Origin: Flavobacteriales bacterium
Lineage (GTDB): Bacteria > Bacteroidota > Bacteroidia > Flavobacteriales_F > PHOS-HE28
Reading direction: 5' to 3'
Length of the DNA: 58,227 bases
Assembly: GCA_020847755.1 (NCBI GenBank)
Contig: JADLBK010000018.1
Coordinates: 1-58,227 of the forward strand
In this document: positions 9,267 through 19,462 of the stretch, piece after piece
Layout of the letters: each line of letters starts with the position of its first letter
How positions within the stretch are numbered: position 1 is the stretch's first letter
The notes under the pieces: generated by a model
What the model was told of the DNA's origin: nothing
Database searches by the model: none
Seen by the model: the letters and a program-made list of their open reading frames with translations, nothing else
Translations under genes and position numbers: made by a program

Positions 9267-10040
9267 TCAGCGGACCCGCTCGAGGAACTCGCCCACGCGC
9301 TCGCGTGCGATCGGCACCCGCCGTCCGTCGCGGAGCACGGCCCAGTGACCATCGTCGCGCAGGTATTCGCGCAGGTGCTCCAGGTTCACGATGTGTGAAC
9401 GGTGCACACGCAGGAACACGGCCGGGTCCAACAGCTCCTCGTACACGCGCAGGGTGCGGGTGTCCAGGTAGCGCGTGCCATCGCTGAAGTGCAGCTGCGT
9501 GCAGTTGCCCTCGGCCTCCAGGTGGCTGATGGTGCGCGGATCGAAGAGCTTGAAGCCTTTGGCGTGGTCGATCACGATGCGGCCCGCGGGCAGGGAGGCC
9601 TCCCGCACGGCGGCGTTCAATCTCTCGCGGTATGCCTGGGCCTCGGCCGGGCGTTCATGCAGTTCGCGCACCCGCGCGAGGGCCTTCATCACCGCCGCGC
9701 GCAGCTCATCGGGGTCGATCGGCTTCAACAGGTAGTCCACCGCATGGGTGTGGAAGGCCTGCAGCGCGTAGTCCTTGAAGGCGGTGACGAAGATGACGAG
9801 CGCTCGGAGGTCGCGGAGCTCGGCCAGCAGGTCAAGGCCCTCTGTGCCGCTGGGCATGCGGATGTCCAGGAACAGCAGGTCGGGATCCAGCTCCGCGATG
9901 CGTTCGCGCGCCTTCGCTGGTCCATCGGCCGTACCCGAGACCTCCACCTCGGGGCAAAGCTCCTCCAGCATCAGCCGCAGGTTCTCCCGGGCCGGTTCCT
10001 CGTCGTCCACGATCAATGCCCGCACCTGCCGCGACCCCAT
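9267..10040 (-). CDS. Second LytTR family response regulator (no adjacent kinase)
   Basis: Start taken at MGSRQVRALIVDDEEPARENL (ATG 10040). LytTR domain FLRVHRSHIVNLEHL. Paralog of the 8403..9179 gene. Confidence 0.9.
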   Translation of the reverse strand: MGSRQVRALIVDDEEPARENLRLMLEELCPEVEVSGTADGPAKARERIAELDPDLLFLDIRMPSGTEGLDLLAELRDLRALVIFVTAFKDYALQAFHTHAVDYLLKPIDPDELRAAVMKALARVRELHERPAEAQAYRERLNAAVREASLPAGRIVIDHAKGFKLFDPRTISHLEAEGNCTQLHFSDGTRYLDTRTLRVYEELLDPAVFLRVHRSHIVNLEHLREYLRDDGHWAVLRDGRRVPIARERVGEFLERVR

Positions 10041-10355
10041 GACGGCGAAAATAGCGGCACCGCCGGAGCGACCGTTCTCCACTTCGCCGCCACCGTTTCC
10101 CGGTTCGGGCTGGCGATCGGGCGAGGAGCGTTGTAGGTTGGGGTCTCCATCGAACGCAAACCCCTTGTTGCCATGGCTTCCACGAACTCCCACAGCAGGC
10201 TCTGGATCTTCTCGGACCAGGGCAGTTGAACCGCGCAGTGCTCATGTCAGGTTTTGGTGTGGAGGGTCGGTCCGCCGGGTGGCGGACCGGCCCTCCGGCG
10301 TTCTTCGGGAACCCTTTGGCCGGTGGCGGCGTACAACGGCGCGAAGAACCGGCCC

Positions 10356-10619
10356 ATGGCCCAGCACAACGCACCCCACGAGATCCGCGTACGCATCGAC
10401 CAGCTCGAGCGCCTGCTGATGTTCGACTATGATCCCGCCTCCCGGGACGCCCTCTTCGACATCGTGGACCCCAGCGGCCGGATCGTCAAGACCGGCGACG
10501 TCAACGGTCCTGTCACCCGCGTGCGCATCACCGACCTGGACGGTGAGGAGTACTTCCTGATGGTGCTCGATGGCGACGTCAGCACGGTGAGGCCCATCCA
10601 CTTGCGCCGCGCCGTCTGA
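10356..10619 (+). CDS. Small hypothetical protein (87 aa)
   Basis: Internal ATG of ORF 10254..10619 (MAQHNAPHEIRVRIDQLERLL...). Coding-like GC3. No recognisable family. Confidence 0.45.
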   Translation: MAQHNAPHEIRVRIDQLERLLMFDYDPASRDALFDIVDPSGRIVKTGDVNGPVTRVRITDLDGEEYFLMVLDGDVSTVRPIHLRRAV

Positions 10620-10795
10620 TGCACGCACCAGCTGCCGTCATTCCGGTTTACCGGGCCCTCACCATCGTGGGCAATGTGCTGCGCATCGATCGCGACGGCA
10701 TGGCCCATGTCCCCTTCCGGAGCGATACCACGATCGGCGCACCGGTCGAGGTCGTCTTCATCCTGGTGCCCATCGTGCCTGCGGATCCCAGCTGA
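10619..10795 (+). CDS. Small hypothetical ORF (58 aa), not in the supplied ORF track
   Basis: ATG overlaps the preceding stop (TGATG at 10617-10621). Manual translation: MHAPAAVIPVYRALTIVGNVLRIDRDGMAHVPFRSDTTIGAPVEVVFILVPIVPADPS. GC3-rich codons. Confidence 0.3.
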   Translation: MHAPAAVIPVYRALTIVGNVLRIDRDGMAHVPFRSDTTIGAPVEVVFILVPIVPADPS

Positions 10796-10896
10796 CCCGC
10801 CCGTTATCGCCGGTCCCTGCCCGGATCCCACCTTCCGCTGATCGGTGCAAGCGGGTCACCTCCACATCCGATACGTTGGTGGCAAACTCCGTTGCC

Positions 10897-12732
10897 ATGA
10901 TCCGACATATGCTCCCCCTTGCGCTGTTTCCCACCTGCGCCTGGACCTTCCCGTTCATTGTGAGCGCCCAGGGCACGGCCGTCACGTCCATCGCCAACGA
11001 CCGCATGGAAGTCGGCCTCACCTCCTGGGGCCTGATCGGTGCGGGAGCCGATGGGGCCGGCCCGGCGTACGAGGTCCCGCCCGGCGCGGGCACCCATGTC
11101 CTGTGGGGCAGCGGCTTGTGGGTGACCGGGCGGGGCCCGGGCGATACGCTGCATGCCGCAGGAGCGAGCTATGGCGGACTGTTCGATTCGGATTACTGGA
11201 CCGGCCCGCTCACCACCGACGGTTCCGCCACCGCCCTGCCCGGCGTGGCCCAGGCCTATGATCGCATCTGGTGCGTGGAGCGCTTCGACATCGAGCAGCA
11301 TCTCAACTTCCACGATTGCCTGGATGATCCCGATTGCGACGAGGCCCTCGAGTTCCCGGGATACCAACCGGCGCAGGCGCTGGTCGATTGGCCGGCCATG
11401 GGCGACATCGCCCTTGGTCTGGATCCCCATCAGGCTCCGTTCGTGGACCGTGATGGCGACGGCATCTATGATCCGGCCTTCGGTGATGTGCCCTGCATCC
11501 TGGGTGATCGGGCCTGCTTCATGGTGCTGAACGACCAACGGCCGCACAGTTTCTCGCAGGGTATTCCCCTCGGCATCGAGCTCAGGTTGATGCCCTTCCT
11601 CTTTGACAGCACCGACCCTGAGCTGGCCCACACACTGTTCCTGCGGGTGCACGTGATCAACCGCAGCAGTAACCCCTACACCGATGTGCGCATCGGCCTG
11701 CACACCGACTTCGACCTGGGGGATCCCGACGATGACATGATCGGCACCGACCCGTCCCGCAACCTCTGGTACGCCTACAACGGGGATGGCTTCGATGGTC
11801 CGTCCATCTGGGGCCCTGGCTTTGGCGGCCAGCCCCCCGCCTTCGGGGTGCGGCTCATCAAGGGTCCGCTGGTGGAGGCCGATGGCAACGACGACCCGGT
11901 CGTTCCCCTCATCCCCGGATTCAACGGCCAGGGCTTCGCCGATCAGCAGATCGATGATGAGCGCTTCGGGCTCACGGGCAGCCGCACCTACACCACGGCC
12001 TCCGGCGCCACGGGCATCCCCCAAACCGCTGTGGATGTGGAGCGCTACCTGGCCGGTCAATGGCTGGACGGCCTGCCGCAGACCTACGGGGGAAATGGGT
12101 ACTCGCTGGATCCGAACGCGGTGTCCGCGCGGTTCATGTACCCTGGCGACAGCGATCCCCTCGGAGCAGGCACGGATGGCGCACCGCAGGCACCCTGGTC
12201 CGAAGTGAGCGAGGGGAATACACCGGGCGACCGCCGCATGCTGGGCGTCACCGGACCCTTCACCCTGGAGTCCGGCGAGCATGCCGACCTGCTGTTCGCC
12301 TACCTGTTCGCCCAGCCGACATCCGGCGGGCCGCTGGCCAGCATCAGCGCCCTGCAGACCGCAGCGGACAGCGCGCTCGCCAGCGTCCTCGGCGATGTGG
12401 GCGGCATGGCCGGTATGTTCGGCATCGGGGAAGAGAACGCCTTGTCCGTCTGTGCCCCGCACCTCGTCACCGTGGGCCTGCAGGACCGTGACCGGAACGA
12501 AGGCGTTCAGCTCTTCCCCAACCCCGCGAAGGACCACCTGATGGTGTGGACACCGGGCCTCGCCACTGGAGCGATGCTCTCCTTGCGCGACGCCACAGGG
12601 CGTGCCGTCCTTGCCATGCGGACCGCCGGGGAGCGCACCAGCATCGATGTGACCGACCTGGCGAAGGGTTTCTACCTCTGCGAGGTAGCCGACGGCGGAG
12701 TGCGTTTCACCACGAGGCTGGTGAAGGAGTAG
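10897..12732 (+). CDS. Secreted protein with a T9SS type A C-terminal sorting domain
   Basis: MIRHMLPLALFPTCAWTFPFIVSAQG is signal-like. C-terminus ...GFYLCEVADGGVRFTTRLVKE. The start could also be 10876 (TTG) or 10909. Confidence 0.8.
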   Translation: MIRHMLPLALFPTCAWTFPFIVSAQGTAVTSIANDRMEVGLTSWGLIGAGADGAGPAYEVPPGAGTHVLWGSGLWVTGRGPGDTLHAAGASYGGLFDSDYWTGPLTTDGSATALPGVAQAYDRIWCVERFDIEQHLNFHDCLDDPDCDEALEFPGYQPAQALVDWPAMGDIALGLDPHQAPFVDRDGDGIYDPAFGDVPCILGDRACFMVLNDQRPHSFSQGIPLGIELRLMPFLFDSTDPELAHTLFLRVHVINRSSNPYTDVRIGLHTDFDLGDPDDDMIGTDPSRNLWYAYNGDGFDGPSIWGPGFGGQPPAFGVRLIKGPLVEADGNDDPVVPLIPGFNGQGFADQQIDDERFGLTGSRTYTTASGATGIPQTAVDVERYLAGQWLDGLPQTYGGNGYSLDPNAVSARFMYPGDSDPLGAGTDGAPQAPWSEVSEGNTPGDRRMLGVTGPFTLESGEHADLLFAYLFAQPTSGGPLASISALQTAADSALASVLGDVGGMAGMFGIGEENALSVCAPHLVTVGLQDRDRNEGVQLFPNPAKDHLMVWTPGLATGAMLSLRDATGRAVLAMRTAGERTSIDVTDLAKGFYLCEVADGGVRFTTRLVKE

Positions 12733-12752
12733 GGATGCCTGTGGCGAGCAAT

Positions 12753-12786
12753 GCATGAGCCCCGCGAGCGATCGCGGGGCTCATGC
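12753..12786. terminator. Bidirectional terminator-like hairpin between convergent genes
   Basis: Perfect 14-bp stem GCATGAGCCCCGCG/CGCGGGGCTCATGC with a 6-nt loop, between stops at 12732 (+) and 12806 (-). Confidence 0.55.
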
Positions 12787-12805
12787 GTTCGTGACGAAGG
12801 GTGGT

Positions 12806-14110
12806 TCACGCCACCACTTTCCGCCTGCTCATCAGCTCCTCCACCGCCTCCGCTTCCACCGGGATCTCCGCGAACAGGTCGATCGGGTTGTCGCGCGTCA
12901 CCAGGATGTTGTTCTCCAGGCGGATGCCCAGCTTCTCCTCGCGGATGTAGATGCCCGGCTCCACGGTGAAGACCATGTCCGGCTGGATCATCTCGTTCCA
13001 CAGGCCCACGTCATGCACATCGAGCCCTAGGAAGTGGCTGGTGCCGTGCATGAAGTACTTCTTGTACAACGGCCGCTCAGGGTCCTGCTTGGCCACATCG
13101 GTCTTGTCCAGCAGCCCCAGGCCGATCAGCTCGCGCTCCATGATCCTGCCCACCTCCTTGTGGTAGTCGGCCAGCAGGGTGCCGGGGCGCAGCAGTTGGG
13201 TGGCCTCGTTCTTCACGCGCAGCACGGCGTTGTACACCGCGCGCTGGCGATCGGTGAAGCGCCCGTTCACGGGGATGCACCGGGTGAGGTCGCTGGCGTA
13301 GCCGCCGTACTCACAGCCGAAGTCCATCAGGATCACATCGCCGTCTTGGCACACCTGGTCGTTGGTGATGTAATGCAGCACGCAGGCGTTGTAGCCGCTG
13401 GCGATGATGGGCGTGTAGGCATGCCCGCGCGAGCCGTTGCGCAGGAACTCGTGCGTGATCTCCGCCTCGATCTCGTACTCCTTCACGCCGGGCTTCACGA
13501 AGCCGCACACGCGTTCGAAGGCCTTGCCGGTGATGGCGATCGCGCGCTTCATTTGCGCCACTTCCTCCGCTGTCTTACGCGAACGGATGCGGTGCATGAT
13601 CGGCGCGCTGCGCTTCACACTGTGCAGCGGGTATTGCGCGCGCAGTTCCTTGTTCTTGCGGTCCTCGCGCGTCTCCACCTCGTTGTGCTGGCGCAGGTGC
13701 TCGTTGCTGTTCAGGACCAGGTGCTCGCACTGCGGGACCAGGCGCTTGATCGTGGCCTCGTAGCTGCTCGTCCACAGCACCGTCGCGATGCCGCTGAGGT
13801 CCCTCGCTTCCTGCTGGCTGAACTTGGCCCCCTCCCAGATCGCGATCAGCTCGCTGGTCTCGCGCACGAACAGGATCTCGCGGTCCTTCGGGTCCACCGC
13901 ATCGGGAAAGAGCAGCAGGATCGTCTCCTCCTGGTCGATGCCGGTGAGGTGGAAGATGTCGCTGGCCTGCTTGAACGGCATGCTCCCATCGGCGCTGGTG
14001 GGCATGATGTCGTTGCTGTGGAAGATGGCGAGTCCGCCTTTCTCCAGGTGTTGGCGGAAACGGGCGCGGTGCTCGCGGTAGGTGGACGCTGAGAGCGGTG
14101 TGTAGCGCAT
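12806..14110 (-). CDS. pepP: Xaa-Pro aminopeptidase (M24B, aminopeptidase P family)
   Basis: Start taken at MRYTPLSASTYREHRARF. N-terminal creatinase-like domain plus M24 pita-bread region with HGTSHFLGLDVHD and the EPGIY motif. Confidence 0.9.
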   Translation of the reverse strand: MRYTPLSASTYREHRARFRQHLEKGGLAIFHSNDIMPTSADGSMPFKQASDIFHLTGIDQEETILLLFPDAVDPKDREILFVRETSELIAIWEGAKFSQQEARDLSGIATVLWTSSYEATIKRLVPQCEHLVLNSNEHLRQHNEVETREDRKNKELRAQYPLHSVKRSAPIMHRIRSRKTAEEVAQMKRAIAITGKAFERVCGFVKPGVKEYEIEAEITHEFLRNGSRGHAYTPIIASGYNACVLHYITNDQVCQDGDVILMDFGCEYGGYASDLTRCIPVNGRFTDRQRAVYNAVLRVKNEATQLLRPGTLLADYHKEVGRIMERELIGLGLLDKTDVAKQDPERPLYKKYFMHGTSHFLGLDVHDVGLWNEMIQPDMVFTVEPGIYIREEKLGIRLENNILVTRDNPIDLFAEIPVEAEAVEELMSRRKVVA

Positions 14111-14127
14111 GAGGGCGAAGGTAGGAT

Positions 14128-14218
14128 CAAGACTCAAGACACAAGGCGCAAGGCTCAAGCAACAAGGTGGGGCGGTCTTGTGACATGGAACTTGGGTCTT
14201 GAAACTTGTGTCTTGTAT
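14128..14218. repeat. Dyad-symmetric heptad array: (CAAGnnn)x6, a 7-nt spacer, then (CTTGnnn)x6
   Basis: CAAG at 14128, 14135, 14142, 14149, 14156 and 14163. CTTG at 14177, 14191, 14198, 14205 and 14212, with CATG at 14184. All pairs are symmetric about 14171/14172. Confidence 0.8.
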
Positions 14219-14230
14219 TTGGGCGTGCCC

Positions 14231-14310
14231 CTCGCAAAGCCTCGGGTCGGGCTATCCGCAGTAGTCCTCGCTCGCAAAGCCTCGCTGTGGGCTACTTGCT
14301 GCTATCCCTC
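14231..14310. repeat. Tandem ~40-bp imperfect direct repeat in the intergenic region
   Basis: The 14-mer CTCGCAAAGCCTCG occurs at 14231 and 14271, each time followed by a GGGCTA-containing segment. The region ends in GCTATCCCTCACGC. Confidence 0.7.
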
Positions 14311-14330
14311 ACGCGGCCGATCTTCACCCT

Positions 14331-14753
14331 ATGCCCACCCCCAACAAGACCCACCGCACCACCGCCTCCGTCGCCGCCTTCATCGACACTCGCCCCAAGG
14401 CGGAGATGCACGATGACAGCCGGGTCCTGATGGCCATGATGCAGGAGCTCACCGGCAAGGATCCGCACATGTACGGGCCTTCCATCATCGGCTTCGGCAC
14501 CTACCACTACACGTACCCCAGCGGGCATTCGGGCAGTGCGCCCCTGGCGGCTTTCAGTCCGCGGAAGACGGAGCTCGTGCTGTACCTGGGCCAGGAAGTG
14601 CTCGACCCGGATACGCTCGCCAAGCTGGGCAAGCACAGGGCCACCAAGGGCTGCCTGTACGTGAAGCGCCTGGCCGACATCGACCTGAAGGTGCTGCGGA
14701 GCATGATCAAGAGATCCATCGCCGCCACCCGGAAGGCCTATCCGGCGCCCTGA
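14331..14753 (+). CDS. DUF1801 (YdhG-like) domain protein
   Basis: 140 aa. ...VAAFIDTRP...MYGPSIIGFG.YHY.Y.SGH...FSPRK..LVLYL...G..CLY.KRLADIDL.VL pattern typical of DUF1801. Confidence 0.75.
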   Translation: MPTPNKTHRTTASVAAFIDTRPKAEMHDDSRVLMAMMQELTGKDPHMYGPSIIGFGTYHYTYPSGHSGSAPLAAFSPRKTELVLYLGQEVLDPDTLAKLGKHRATKGCLYVKRLADIDLKVLRSMIKRSIAATRKAYPAP

Positions 14754-14837
14754 TCCTCAGCAGCTTAGGATTTCGTCCGGGCCGCCTACCTTCGCCGCCG
14801 CGAACGCGACCACCCCGTTCGCTGTTCACTGGAAACC

Positions 14838-15515
14838 ATGGCACGCTCCGCCCTCCTCGGCTCCTCCCTCACGAAGAAATACTGGATGGCCCTCACGGGC
14901 CTTTTCCTTTGCCTGTTCCTGGTGATCCACCTGGCAGGCAACCTGCAGCTGTTGGACGCCAGTCCGGAGGGCCGTCTGAAGTTCAATGCCTACGCCAGGT
15001 TCATGACCACCTTCCCGGTGATCAAGGTCGTGAGCTACCTGCTGTACTTCAGCATCCTGTTCCACGCCTTCGATGGCATCCTTCTGGCGGTGCAGAACCG
15101 CCAGGCCCGCCCCACGCGGTATGTGAAGGAGAAGCCCTCCGCCAACCGCACCTGGTACAGCGGCCAGATGGCCCTGCTGGGTTCCCTGCTGCTGGTGTTC
15201 ATCGTGCTGCACATGAAGCATTTCTGGTATGAGATGCACTGGGGCGGCCTGCCGCTGGACAGCGAGGGCAACACCGACTTGTTCACCGTGGTGGCCGAGG
15301 CCTACAGGCAGCCGCTGTATGTCGTGCTGTACGTCGCCTCCATGGCCGTGCTCGCCTTCCACCTCCTGCACGGCTTCCAGAGCGCCTTCCAGAGCCTGGG
15401 CCTCAACCATCCCCGCTACACCCCGATCATCAAGAACGTGGGGGTGTTCTTCGGCGTGGTGGTGCCGATCCTTTTCGCCCTCATCCCGGTGTGGATGTTC
15501 GCTTTCCCCGGTTGA
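14838..15515 (+). CDS. sdhC: Succinate dehydrogenase/fumarate reductase cytochrome b subunit, b558 family
   Basis: 225 aa, five TM helices. N-terminus [28 protein letters not shown] is typical of the Bacteroidetes/Bacillus b558 subunit. Confidence 0.9.
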   Translation: MARSALLGSSLTKKYWMALTGLFLCLFLVIHLAGNLQLLDASPEGRLKFNAYARFMTTFPVIKVVSYLLYFSILFHAFDGILLAVQNRQARPTRYVKEKPSANRTWYSGQMALLGSLLLVFIVLHMKHFWYEMHWGGLPLDSEGNTDLFTVVAEAYRQPLYVVLYVASMAVLAFHLLHGFQSAFQSLGLNHPRYTPIIKNVGVFFGVVVPILFALIPVWMFAFPG

Positions 15516-15543
15516 TCCCTCCCTTAGATCCGTCCGCAATTCC

Positions 15544-17574
<2,031 letters not shown>

Positions 17575-17622
17575 TCATATAGCGTCGACCCACCGGATCG
17601 ACCTACCAGAACAGCAAGGCAG

Positions 17623-18381
17623 ATGGGCAACATGAAACTTACACTCAAGATCTGGCGCCAGAGCGGTCCCAACGACAAGGGCCGCATCGTGGACTACCCG
17701 GTCAACAACGTCTCCGAGGACATGTCCTTCCTGGAGATGCTGGACGTGCTGAACGACCAGCTGATCCGCGAGGGCAAGGACCCGGTCGCCTTCGACCATG
17801 ACTGCCGCGAGGGCATCTGCGGCATGTGCAGCCTCTTCATCAATGGCGAGCCCCATGGCCCGGGCCGTGGCATCACCACCTGCCAGTTGCACATGCGGAA
17901 GTTCAAGGATGGGGATACCATCTTCATCGAACCATGGCGCAGCGCGGCTTTTCCCGTGATCAAGGACCTCTCCACCAACCGCAGCGCCTTCGATCGCATC
18001 CAGGCCGCCGGCGGCTTCGTGAGCGTGAACACCAGCGGCAACCTGGTGGACGGCAACGCGGTGCCCATCCCGAAGGATGATGCCGACAAGGCCTTCGACG
18101 CAGCCACCTGCATCGGCTGCGGTGCCTGCGTGGCCACCTGCCCCAACGGTAGCGCCATGCTCTTTGTGGCTGCCAAGGTGAGCCAGTTCGCGCTGCTGCC
18201 CCAGGGCCGCCCCGAGGCCAAACGCCGCGCATTGGCCATGGTGGAGCAGATGGACAAGGAGGGCTTCGGCAACTGCAGCAACACCGGCGCCTGCGAAGTG
18301 GAATGCCCCAAGCAGATCAGCCTTGAGCACATCGCCCGATTGAACCGGGAGTACCTGGCGGCGACGGTGACGAAGGAGTGA
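17623..18381 (+). CDS. sdhB: Succinate dehydrogenase/fumarate reductase iron-sulfur subunit
   Basis: 252 aa. Cluster motifs [21 protein letters not shown] and [12 protein letters not shown]. Confidence 0.95.
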   Translation: MGNMKLTLKIWRQSGPNDKGRIVDYPVNNVSEDMSFLEMLDVLNDQLIREGKDPVAFDHDCREGICGMCSLFINGEPHGPGRGITTCQLHMRKFKDGDTIFIEPWRSAAFPVIKDLSTNRSAFDRIQAAGGFVSVNTSGNLVDGNAVPIPKDDADKAFDAATCIGCGACVATCPNGSAMLFVAAKVSQFALLPQGRPEAKRRALAMVEQMDKEGFGNCSNTGACEVECPKQISLEHIARLNREYLAATVTKE

Positions 18382-18509
18382 GCCCGCTCCATCACGAGAA
18401 TGTGCGAAGGGCTGTCATCGACGGCCCTGCGCTTTTCCGTCCATTCTGTCGATCCGGCCATCCAAGTGCCGAACGTTGCATCATCGGCCGTCCCGGAGCT
18501 TCGTGTCAC

Positions 18510-18599
18510 ATGCCCATCACCTCCAGACTCCCCCACGTCGGCACCACCATCTTCACGGTGATCCGCATGCTGGCCATTGAGTGTGGCGCATTGCCCTAA
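18510..18599 (+). pseudogene. Orphan 5' fragment (29 codons) of a YbdL-type aminotransferase gene
   Basis: MPITSRLPHVGTTIFTVIRMLAIECGALP*. Positions 18528-18562 are identical over 35 nt to 20111-20145 in the intact gene. Confidence 0.8.
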
Positions 18600-18604
18600 C
18601 TTTG
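18597..18604 (+). promoter_or_regulatory. Candidate -7 box TAACTTTG for the DUF433 gene
   Basis: TAnnTTTG match at the end of fragment 1 (its TAA stop is part of the box), 19 nt upstream of the ATG at 18623. Confidence 0.4.
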
Positions 18605-18622
18605 TTCATCAAGCCGTTCGCC

Positions 18623-18829
18623 ATGACCTATTTGATGGAGCGCATCACCGTTGACCCGCAGGTCTGTGGAGGTCGGGCGTGCATCCGTGGCTTGCGGATC
18701 CGGGTGACGGATATTCTTGATCTGTTGGCAGCCGGCCTTTCCGCCCAGCAGGTGGTCGAGGAGCTGCCGGACCTGGAACTGGCGGATGTGGAGGCGGCGC
18801 TGAAGTTCGCCAGCGGCCCCTTGGCGTAG
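18623..18829 (+). CDS. DUF433 domain protein (antitoxin-like, HTH)
   Basis: MTYLMERITVDPQVCGGRACIRGLRIRVTDILDLLAAGLSAQQVVEELPDLELADVEAAL matches the DUF433 signature (P..C.G.P.I.GTRI.V..I). Confidence 0.8.
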   Translation: MTYLMERITVDPQVCGGRACIRGLRIRVTDILDLLAAGLSAQQVVEELPDLELADVEAALKFASGPLA

Positions 18830-18834
18830 TTTTG
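18827..18834 (+). promoter_or_regulatory. Candidate -7 box TAGTTTTG for the antitoxin-RelE pair
   Basis: TAnnTTTG match that includes the DUF433 TAG stop, 20 nt upstream of the ATG at 18854. Confidence 0.4.
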
Positions 18835-18853
18835 ACCGACCGACCACTGAACC

Positions 18854-19048
18854 ATGAAAGGAGTGACCGTGCTCTATGACGAATCCCGCAAGAAGCGGCT
18901 CGTGCAGATCGATATGGAGGTGGTGGTGCGCAAGCGCGAGGAATTGGAGGAAATGCTTGACCTGTTGGTGGCGGAGAGCCGCAAGGACGATGAGATGGTT
19001 CCTTGGGAGAAGGCCAAGGCCATGCTCAAGAAAGCAGGCAAGCTCTGA
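18854..19048 (+). CDS. Putative antitoxin of the RelE/ParE module
   Basis: 64 aa, charged and helical (MKGVTVLYDESRKKRLVQIDMEVVVRKREELEEMLDLL...). Its stop overlaps the toxin ATG (TGATG). Function is inferred from position. Confidence 0.6.
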   Translation: MKGVTVLYDESRKKRLVQIDMEVVVRKREELEEMLDLLVAESRKDDEMVPWEKAKAMLKKAGKL

Positions 19049-19305
19049 TGTACGAGCTGTTCATCAGTCGTCAGGCGATCAAGGACCTTGAAGCCCTGCC
19101 GACGAATGCGGTCGTCAAGGTCACCAAGGCCATCGAGGGTTTGCGCATGGAGCCTCGCCCGGCCGGATGCAAGAAGCTGAAGGGCCAGCGTGAGTATTTA
19201 TGGCGGATCCGCGTTGGCAACTATCGGATCATCTACGACATCAAGGACAAGATCCGCGTGGTCGAGGTGCGCGAGGTCGGCGATCGCAAGGAGGTGTATC
19301 GTTGA
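19048..19305 (+). CDS. Type II toxin, RelE/ParE family
   Basis: 85 aa. MYELFISRQAIKDLEALP...LKGQREYLWRIRVGNYRIIYDIKDKIRVVEVREVGDRKEVY is the classic RelE/ParE pattern. Confidence 0.85.
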   Translation: MYELFISRQAIKDLEALPTNAVVKVTKAIEGLRMEPRPAGCKKLKGQREYLWRIRVGNYRIIYDIKDKIRVVEVREVGDRKEVYR

Positions 19306-19315
19306 GAACGCTGCC

Positions 19316-19462
19316 ATGTCGAACTCTGGAACGGCAAAGCCTGATCTGGTCGGAGATCTCCCCTACGTCGGCACCACCATCTACACGGTGATGAGCAAGC
19401 TGGCGGCCGAGTGCGGCGCCATCAACCTGAGCCAGGGCCGTACCTTTGAGGCATGCGGCTAA
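19316..19462 (+). pseudogene. Second orphan 5' fragment (48 codons) of a YbdL-type aminotransferase gene
   Basis: MSNSGTAKPDLVGDLPYVGTTIYTVMSKLAAECGAINLSQG then out-of-family RTFEACG*. Positions 19358-19438 align to 20111-20191 with about 8 mismatches in 81 nt (manual alignment). Confidence 0.8.
19441..19448 (+). promoter_or_regulatory. Candidate -7 box TACCTTTG for the MNT-HEPN pair
   Basis: TAnnTTTG match starting 3 nt after the end of aminotransferase homology and 5 nt before the ATG at 19453, which implies a leaderless or very short leader mRNA. Confidence 0.35.

Noticed and set aside
10804-12756. 650-aa minus-strand ORF, and similar long ORFs: 15481..17559 (-), 7021..8646 (+), 37961..40081 (+), 19673..20992 (-), 45577..47103 (-)
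   Set aside because: Each is antisense to a gene with a clearly recognisable product. Their translations are Arg/Ala/Gly/His-rich low-complexity strings with no family resemblance. Long stop-free antisense frames are expected at this GC content.
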